The notes beneath the pieces are model-generated. The model searched no databases. It was not told the DNA's origin and was given only the letters and a program-made list of their open reading frames with translations. A stretch of DNA of 64,000 nucleotides from Monocercomonoides exilis PA203 (lineage: Eukaryota; Protista; Preaxostyla): assembly GCA_001643675.2 (NCBI GenBank), contig LSRY02000008.1, positions 496,001 through 560,000 on the forward strand. Direction: 5' to 3'. The translations under genes were made by a program, and so were the position numbers. Shown here piece after piece: positions 55,083 to 64,000 of this stretch. Each line of letters opens with the position of its first letter. Positions within the stretch are counted from its first letter, which is position 1.

Positions 55083-56298
55083 TCCAATTCGTCTCCAAAG
55101 AAATATAACATTTGGGACAAAAAATTTGACTTCAGGCATTTTTCATTGAAAAATTATGCATCTCGGATGAACTTTTTGTGATCGAAAATTTTGAAATAAA
55201 TGGGTTTATTTTTTGAAATACATGCGAGATCACACAACATGATGTTATTATATCAATGATATTTGCTTGCAGATATGAAAATCAAATTTATTTTGAAATC
55301 TGGTTAAGTTTCAAAATGTTATAAGTGAAACAACTTTCACATGCTTTGTTCATAAAAAGCTTGAAAGACCATATTTCTCCCCATTTGAATAAAATTCAAG
55401 AAATAAAAATTTTTTTCAAAAATAATCACCCTTGTCTCAACAAAAGACTTTGTTTTAAAATTTAATAATTCATGCGTTTTATTGAAGAAAAATAACCGAT
55501 TTTGTAATTTTCGATATTTTTGTTCAAAGAAAATCCAAAAATGAATGAAACTCATTTTCGGGGAAAAATGAGATTAAAAATGATATTGATATAAGTAACA
55601 ACAATTATTAATGATACACAAAGACTTCTTTCACTTTTAATTTTATTTATGTTCTTCCACATAGAGTTTTTTTTATGAGGTTATTCAAAAAGAATGAAAT
55701 ACACATTTTTAATTTGTCATCAAATTGACGATATTTGAAATTTATAAAATCCTCAAATAATTGAAAAGTTTTTTTTTTCAATCAAATAATAATTATTATA
55801 AAAGTGACAGTGCTTCATTGATTGACGAAAGCTTGTATTTTTATTATATTCATCATCATGAAAAGCTGAAAAATACCGTGAAATAAAAATTTTATTCGAA
55901 GTTGAAATATAAGTTTCGAAATTGAATAATTTTTGGTGTATTAATTTTGATAAACAAACAGCAGCAGCAAATACTACAACAATGAATAAAATAATAGTAA
56001 TTATTATAATAAAAATAATTATTAAAAGATTGAAGTGTGAATCAATAATTGTTGAATGAGATGATAATACAAATGTGGACAAGAGGAAAGAGATTCAAAT
56101 GGAAATACATTGAAGTGAGTCCAACTCATATCGATGCATATGAAGATACAAATAAGAGAAGAGAGAGGAACATGAAATGCAACATGGATTCTGTGTAATT
56201 GCAACGGAACTTAAGTTCGATGATTTGATCAAATGTTTATTCGAACAAACATCGAAAATGTTTTCAATATCCTAAAACTAACACATGAATTGATAAAT

Positions 56299-59275
56299 TC
56301 AACCTTTCATCCAAATTGGTGGTTCAGTCTCAATGAAATATTTCCAGAGATCTGACATTGTCATTCCACTCTTATCTTTCAATGAATTACAATGTCTCAG
56401 CCATTCTGGAGGATCTGCTTTGATATTCTTTATCCAATGCATCGCCATGGTGAATCCTTCTTTATCACCAAGCGTGATGCTATGCCTCATCCAATCTGGC
56501 GGTTCTATCTTTGCATGTCTTATCCAATGCATAGCCATTGTCCTTCCACTTTTATCAGAAAGCTCTGCATCGTGCCTCATCCATTCAGGGGGCTCTTTTC
56601 CAACGTGAATGATCCACGTCATCGCCATTGTCCTTCCATCCCTGTCAGCAAGCGCAATTCTATGTCTCATCCACTCTGGTGGCTCTGCCTTCACATATTT
56701 AATCCATCCCATGGCCATCGTTTCCCCGTCTTTATCTTCAAGAGCGTTTCTGTGCCTCATCCATTCTGGCGGGTCTGTTTTAATCCAGAAAATCCAATTC
56801 ATTGCCATTGTCCTTCCACTCTTATCAGAAAGTGCTGCATCATGTCTCATCCATTCAGGTGGCTCTTTTCTGACATGAACGATCCACTTCATGGCCATTG
56901 TCCATCCATCCATGTCTGCAAGCAACTTGTCATGTCTCATCCATTCTGGGGGTTCTGTTTTCACATATACGATCCATATCATAGACATTGTCCGTCCGAA
57001 TTTATCTGCAATCGTATTGTCATGTCTCATCCACTCAGGAGGTTCTGTTTTTTTCTCCAAAATCCACATCATCGCAAATGTCCTCCCATCCTTCTTGCTT
57101 TGTGTGTTATCCATTATCATCCATAAAGGAGGTTCTGTCTTAACTTCCTTTAACCAATGCATTGCCATTGTTCGTCCAATCTTATCAGCAAGTGTGTTGT
57201 CGTGTCTCATCCATCCTGGTGGTTCTGTCTTGTTCTCAATGATCCACCTCATTCCCGGCGTTTGTCCATTTTTGTCTTTCAATGTATCATCAAATGCCAT
57301 CCATTCTGGAAATGCAGCTCTTGTATAAAATTTCCAATGATCTGCCATTGTCCATCCGTCCATGTCTGCAATCGATGTGTCATGCCTCATCCATTCTGGT
57401 GGTTCTGTCTTGACATTATTAATCCATATCATCCACATAGTCCACCCGTCCTTATCGCTTAGCATCTTATTATGTCTCATCCATTCTGGAGGTTCAGTCT
57501 TCACATTCTCTATCCACAGCATTGCCATTGTTTTCCCTTCCTTATCAGCAAGTGTGTTGTCGTGTCTCATCCATCCTGGTGGTTCTGTCTTTTTCTCAAT
57601 GATCCACCTCATTCCCGGCGTTTGTCCATTTTTGTCTTTCAGTGTTTCATTAACTGTCATCCATTCCGGTAATTTAGTTTTAACATATATTTTCCAATAA
57701 TCTGCCATTGTCCTTCCGTTCTCGTCTTCAAGTGAATTGCAATGCCTCATCCATTCAGGTGGCTCTGTTTTTTTCTCCGCGATCCACTTCATCGATAATG
57801 TCCTCCCATCCTTCTTTCCTTGTGTGTTATCCATTATCATCCACAGTGGAGGATTTGTTTTGACGGTTGCAATCCAGTGCATTGCCATTGTTCGTCCTTC
57901 CTTGTCTGCAACTTCATTGTTATGTCTCATCCAATGTGGTGGTTCTGTCTTTACATGATTAATCCATACCATTGCCATCGTATCTCCATAATTGTTACCA
58001 AGTTCATTATCGTGTCTCATCCATTCTGGTGGATCTGTTTTAACACCTTTAATCCATATCATAGCCATTGTCCATCCATTCTTATCGGCAAGTGTAATAT
58101 CGTGTCTCATCCACTCTGGTGGTTCTATTTGAAAAAGCTGAATCCAAGCCTTGGCCATTGTCCAGCCATCCTTTTGAGAAAGTGTAATATCATGTCTCAT
58201 CCATTCTGGTAGTCCTGTCTTCACATGACAAATCCAATGCATTGCCATTGTCCTTCCACTCTTATCAGGAAGTTCCGCTCCATGTCTCATCCATTCAGGT
58301 GGCTCTTTTCCGACGTGAATAATCCATATCATAGCCACTGTCCAACCATCCTTCTGAGTTAGTGTAATATCGTGTCTCATCCATTCTGGGGGTTCTGTTT
58401 TAACAAACTGAATCCACCACATAGCCATCGTTTTCCCGTTCTTGTCGGAAAGTGTAGCATCGTGCCTCATCCATTCTGGTGGCTCTGCTCTGATATTCTT
58501 TATCCATAGCATAGCCATTGTTTCTCCATCCTTATCCTTAAATTCATTTTTATGTCTCATCCATTCTGGTGGTTCAGCTTCAGTAAACTGAATCCACAGC
58601 ATCGCCATTGTCTCTCCACCGCTATCGCGAAGAGTAATATCATGTCTCATCCATTCTGGTGGCTCTGTTTTGACTTCTTGAATCCAATTCATCGCCATTG
58701 TCCTTCCACTTTTATCAGAAAGTTCCGCTTCATGTCTCATCCATTCAGGTGGCTCTTTTCTGATGTGAATGATCCACGTCATGGCCATTGTCCATCCGTC
58801 CATGTCTGCAAGCACCTTGTCATGCCTCATCCATTCTGGGGGTTCTGATTTATTCTCTATGATCCAGTGCATGGCCATTGTCCTTCCTTCCTTGTCTGCA
58901 AAAGTTATGCTATGTCTCATCCACTCCGGAGGTTCTGTTTTTACGTATTTAATCCAGTGCATTGCCATCGTACGCCCATTCCTATTCTGAAGCGTGTTTT
59001 CATGCCTCATCCATACTGGTGGCTCTGTTTTAACAAATTGAATCCATAGCATGGCAATTGTTGCTCCGTTATTGTTGCGAAGTGAAACATCGTGTCTCAT
59101 ACATTCAGGTGGTTCTGTTTGATTCTCCATTATCCATAGCATCGCACTTGTGTATTGACGTTCATTATCCTGTGATTTTATTGCCTTCGCGTTATTGCCC
59201 ATGTTACTTGGCTTTTTAAGTTTGATCCAAAAATAATAAAACAAAAAATAAATTATGGAATGAAAACTTGATCAT
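56299..59275 (-). CDS. 30-aa ankyrin-like repeat protein, copy C (about 971 aa, about 32 repeats); 8-nt first exon 59275-59268, intron 59207-59267
   Basis: Open ORF with the same repeat consensus. ATGATCAA|GTTTT...CCAAG|T splices in frame to give MINNMGNNAK.... Confidence 0.85.
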
Positions 59276-60499
59276 TCAGCAATGCAAATTTTCTGATATT
59301 TTAAGTTGAAATGAGAATTATCATATCAGAGAGAAAGAATGGATGTTTGGCCCAATATTGCAATTGAATTGTTTTTCTTCTCGCAATAATTATTCCAAAT
59401 TCAGCAAATGTAGTTTTTCTTTGGGTTTATTGCTCTTTTTTTATTGTTTGTGTTTGTCCATAATTATTTTTAGAATATCTTTATGAATGCTTCAAACTTT
59501 AATAAATATTCTGCCTTTTTCCCGATTTTTTGTGATTTTTACCGAATTTGATGATTGCCAAGCTTCGCAAGACTTTTATGGTTGCCAAACACTCATTTGT
59601 CGTTTCCGTAATTTCCATAAGCAATTGAGAAACTGGTTTTTGCTTTTTATTGCATTCTGAAAGTGGTTTATTCATTTCCATTTCGAAAATGTTTTGATTC
59701 AAAGACAAATGCAATCACTTGAGATAACACGAGTTATTATGAATGCTTTGGTGTCTTAAAGAGAGTTTGTTAATGCCTTTTGTGATGGAAATGAGTGTGT
59801 TGACAAAAAAGAGAAGAAGAACAGTTTGCTATTTATTTGTTTTTCAATATTTGAATATTTGTCTGTTGATGTATTTTGTGTTTCTTTCAGGGCAGGAGGC
59901 GGAAATGAATGAAAATGAATGAAAGCGGGATATCTCATTGTGCAGGGTGGCTATCGAGTTGATACAGTAAATTCATATGGAAAGTGCCCAGGATGAAGGG
60001 ATTGGGAAGGGAATTGGAGATGATATTTTCAGACGAGAAACAAGGATATTTTTCAATGATGAGAGTGGAATTTGAGCAAAATATATGAATTTCACATTTT
60101 TCAGAAGGGAGGGAAATTGATGCATTTGATGGGAAAATGAATTCTGGAAAGGATGGTTGGGGAATCAGCTGATGAAACACTTGAAAATGGAAGGAATAAT
60201 GAATTTTTATTGAAGGGAAACAGGTGCCAACAGAATAAAATATAGACATTGGCTTAAAAATAGGTTCTGAAGGTTTGCTGTTATTATTATTTTTTTTGAG
60301 GTGATTATTAATTTTTTTGTTCAGGATGTTGAAAGAGAGAAGGAATGGATGGCTTTGAAGAAGAAGAAGAAAAAATAAAATTTCTACAACAGCAATAGCG
60401 ATACACCAATTCTTAGAACTTCAATTCGGATGGCGAATGACTATTTTTTTGAGAGGCCCTTTCATTTTTTTGTTTGTGAACTCAGATCAACTCGGATGA

Positions 60500-61220
60500 G
60501 AAGTCGAAGGGATGAAAAAAGCGAATAAAAAGTGCATGTTCAGCTGAATTGACAAGAAAACGTTGTGAAAATTCTTCAGCAAAAGATTTATCTGCATCGA
60601 CGTCATTCCATCTGATAGCGTGCCAGTTGCATCAGGAACATTTCAATAGCCAATGACTGTTTCATTCAGCACACAAAATGTTTTTACTGAAAGAGCTGTT
60701 AATTTTGGCGGTTCTTGTTTTGCTGAATATTCTGCTGGAAATGCTGCTAACTTCTTCTTCTTTGGTTCAAATTTACCACAAGCCACTCCAGCAGAGAGAG
60801 AAAGAGAGAGAAAAATTTTATTCACAACATCTGCTCATCTTCTTCTTCATATTTTATTGCCACCAGCCGTATTTGACTGTCTTCTTCAGCTTCGTCTTCA
60901 TCTTCTGCCTTCTTCGGGATGCGGAATGAGCGAAAATTGAGTGAATATGAACAAAATCCACTCCTTTTGAGCATTGCTCGAAAAGACATCGCTTTTGAAG
61001 ATTCTTTTATTGGAAAACGTTTCTGACCTTCACATCAACACAGTTGAATGAAACAACAGAAGATGGTTAAAGAATGAAAATAGTTACACAGAGAAGAAAA
61101 GAAAATCAGCCCAACCGAAAAGAGAGACAAGTCACTTTCACAGAAACGCATCTGAATCTTCTTCTTCCTCTTACTCTTCTTGTTCATCATCATCACCTTC
61201 TTCTTCATCTTCTTCTTCAC

Positions 61221-61251
<31 letters not shown>

Positions 61252-64000
61252 ATCTTCGTCTTCTTCTTCCAAATCCACCACCGACTCTCGGTCAGAAGCG
61301 ATGAGCGTGATGAAGAAGGAACCGGAGATGAGCTTCGATTCGACTTCTCGTTTTTCCACAGAATGTTTCGTGAGCTGCGTGGTTGTTGGTGTGTTTGAAA
61401 ACAACGTAGCAGTGGGAAAGCACGGCAACTTTCAGAACAAGCAGCAGTGAAGAGAAATGGCGGGGAAACAGATGAGAAGAGCGAGAAAGAGAAAGAGAAG
61501 AAAAGAGGGAGATGGAAATGGAGAGGAAGAGGAGGAAGATAGAGGAAGATGAGATAAATATTAAGAGGAAGAAGGAGTAATGGGTGATTCAGAACACAAA
61601 AAGCGAAGATACGAAGAAAGCGCAAAACAGAAGAGACAGAAAGAAACATCTGATGATCTGAGCAAGCTGCGGTAGGAAGAATTTGACTGGGGAGAATCGA
61701 ACTATTTTAGAAAGCAGGTGATCAAAGACGCAATTAAGGACAGGCTTGATTCGATGTTTGGGAACAAGAAATCGAAAAGAAAGCGGAGAAGAAGAAACGG
61801 ACACAGAGGGAGTTACGAAAATAAAGAAAGGAATACAAGAAATCAGCAGAATTCTTCCTCCTCTTCTTCTTCTTCCTCCTCTTCTTCTCCACACAGCAAT
61901 TCTCACAATCGGTCTTCTTATTCAGACTCCTTCTTCGAAGTGAGCGAAGATGAAAAAGACGAAGGAAACAACGAAGCAAACGATATTGCAGATGGCTCAA
62001 ATTATCCATAACATGCTAGGCAGTTAGCAGAACGAGATGTTCGAATGGATTTTGGTTCAACCTGCGTCTTCAGAGCGAATCAAGTGCGACATTCACTGAT
62101 GATGCAACTGATTGAGTTTTCAATAGGACACTTTGTGGTGTGTGCTTCGTAGATTGGATCTGGTCCGTATGGAGAGGAAGAGGAAGAGAAGGAAAAGAAG
62201 GAGATAGAGAGGAGGGAAACAAAAAGAAAACAGAAAAAGGACAGACAAATCAAACTCCAAAGGGAGCATAATGGATGAGAATGAAGAAAGAGCAGAGAGA
62301 CCCTTTTATTCACAAAATTGACCACAAAAGAGGAACGTCTATATCATCATCGTCACCTTCTTCACCTTCTTCACCTTCTTCTTCTTCTTCTTCTTCTCCT
62401 TCATCTCCTTCATCTCCTCCTCCTCCTCCTTCTTCTTCTTTCCATGTGTTTTGCTCAGATGTTTATGTTAAAGAAATTAATGCTGTTTTTGGGATTGAAG
62501 AAATAAAAATTTCATTCAGAAAATTTTTTGAATGAAAATGGATGGTTTTCGAAACAGGAGCTGGAGAGAGAAGAAGAAGAAGAAGAAAGAAGAAGAAGAA
62601 GAAGAGAAAGAAGAGGAGGAGGAGGAAGAAGAAGAAGAAGAGTGAAAAGAAGAAGAAGGTGAAGAGAAGGAAAAGAGCTACTGGAGAGGAGTGTGAGGAG
62701 GTGTGTTGTGCTGGAGGAGAAAGTGAAAGAGAAGCTGAAGTCGCAAGCGAGAGACAAGAAAGAAGAGAAGAAGCTGTCTGAGACAGGACATCAATCGGAA
62801 TTGGATGTTAAGGGGTTGATTGAGGAAGAAGAAAAAGGAGAGGAGAAGGAAGAGGAAGGGGAAAGCAGTATTAGAGCAAGCATTCATCGAAGGAGGGGAT
62901 TTGTCACAAGATGAAAGTTTGAATCAGAACGATGGAAGTGAAGGTAAAATGAGTTTGCATCACGAAGGAGATTAAAACGGTTAAGCTGAAGGAGCTTGTT
63001 CAAAAAAAAAAATAGAAGGGATTCTGTTTGTTATGCAGAAGATTGTCTTCAACGTCGTTCCGCTGAGTGACACGTGCACAATGAGCATATGCCAAGTCAA
63101 GAACAACGATGAGCTGAAGCTGATGCTGAGTCTGCAAATGGGGGTGCAATGTTATTGAAATGGCAGATGGGGCAGATAAGTGAGGCTGAGAGCGAGAATG
63201 GCAATGTCGATGGATGGGATGGCAGGAGCAGCAGTAGGACAAAGAGGAAGATCGAGAACGCTGATGCAGTCGAATGCAGTGCAGATAATGAACTGTGCCG
63301 GGGCTATGCCTCGAAGAGCATTTCAGATTGACAACTCTTTTTCAGTGGATGTTCAGATCAGTTCAAAGAAGTTGTTGAATATGGAAGCAGAGAATGAGCA
63401 TTATGACTTTACTTCTTCTTCTTGTGGCTCTTTTGCAGATGGTTGTGAATGTGGTGTTGAGGAAGAAGAAGAGACAGCACCAATTGCGAAGTTCCTGCAG
63501 GTGGAACATTCGAAGGAGGAGAAGAGGAAATTATATCTTCACGTTGCTTCTTTTCTAACTGATCAAATTGAGTGGAGCCATTTCTGTCTGGATTTTGAGC
63601 TGTATCTGTTTGTGTACGTTGTGGAGGGAGAAGGCAGCAATGCGAGAGCATTGCATTTTCTGCAGACGAGAAGGAGGGCATTAGATTCTTGTGGTAGAGC
63701 GCGCAACTGAACAGCCAGAGCGAAGAGATTGGGCGTATGTGTAGCAGGAGGTAGAGAAAATAGTGTTGCTGGAGTTTCTGGAGAAGAAGAATCTGCATCG
63801 AGCAGAGTGAATTTTTCAATGAAATTGTTCTGGATGAAGGAGAAGAAATTGTTAGACAGAGTGATTGTGTGCCGTCGACAGTAAGCTTGAAGATGGCCGT
63901 GACAAAAGCAGAGGTGTGCGCGCTGCAGTGAAGCCCGTTTATCAATGTGCGGACTTTTGTGTTTGGAAAAGAGTGCTGAAAATGTGAATATAAAAAATCC
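60500..64000. other. Low-complexity decayed coding-like sequence (GAA/TCT-rich), no assignable product
   Basis: Only short fragmented ORFs dominated by poly-Glu/Lys/Ser tracts. Confidence 0.3.

Noticed and set aside
53771-60200. Shared 18-mer GAAAATGGAAGGAATAAT at 53771 and 60183
   Set aside because: It is purine-rich and low-complexity with unalignable flanks. At most it is a remnant of a decayed gene family and cannot be supported as a feature.

Overview
AT-rich eukaryotic protist DNA read with the standard genetic code, with short GT-AG introns (about 50-100 nt). The gene families and low-complexity style suggest an oxymonad such as Monocercomonoides; this is an inference. Main contents: (1) an intact axonemal outer-arm gamma-type dynein heavy chain gene (24889->10839, 3 introns). 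(2) An apparently intact pogo/Fot-like DD35D transposon with 42-bp TIRs, TA target duplication and an intron-containing transposase, about 190 bp upstream of the dynein ATG. (3) Three dispersed copies of a gene for a Trp/Met-rich 30-aa ankyrin-like tandem-repeat protein. Their variable positions match the DARPin paratope positions, and they share nucleotide-identical repeat cassettes in different orders. (4) A decayed ~6-kb element with long TIRs, whose reading frame fuses a ubiquitin-specific protease (C19) domain to a Sola2-like transposase and has a structured GC-richer insert at its 3' end. (5) An ABCC-transporter pseudogene running into a 582-nt pure-pyrimidine poly-Ser tract. (6) Two AT-rich foldback palindromes, a lineage-specific helical-repeat gene, and many decayed low-complexity gene fragments. 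All alignments and folds were done by eye; no searches were run.
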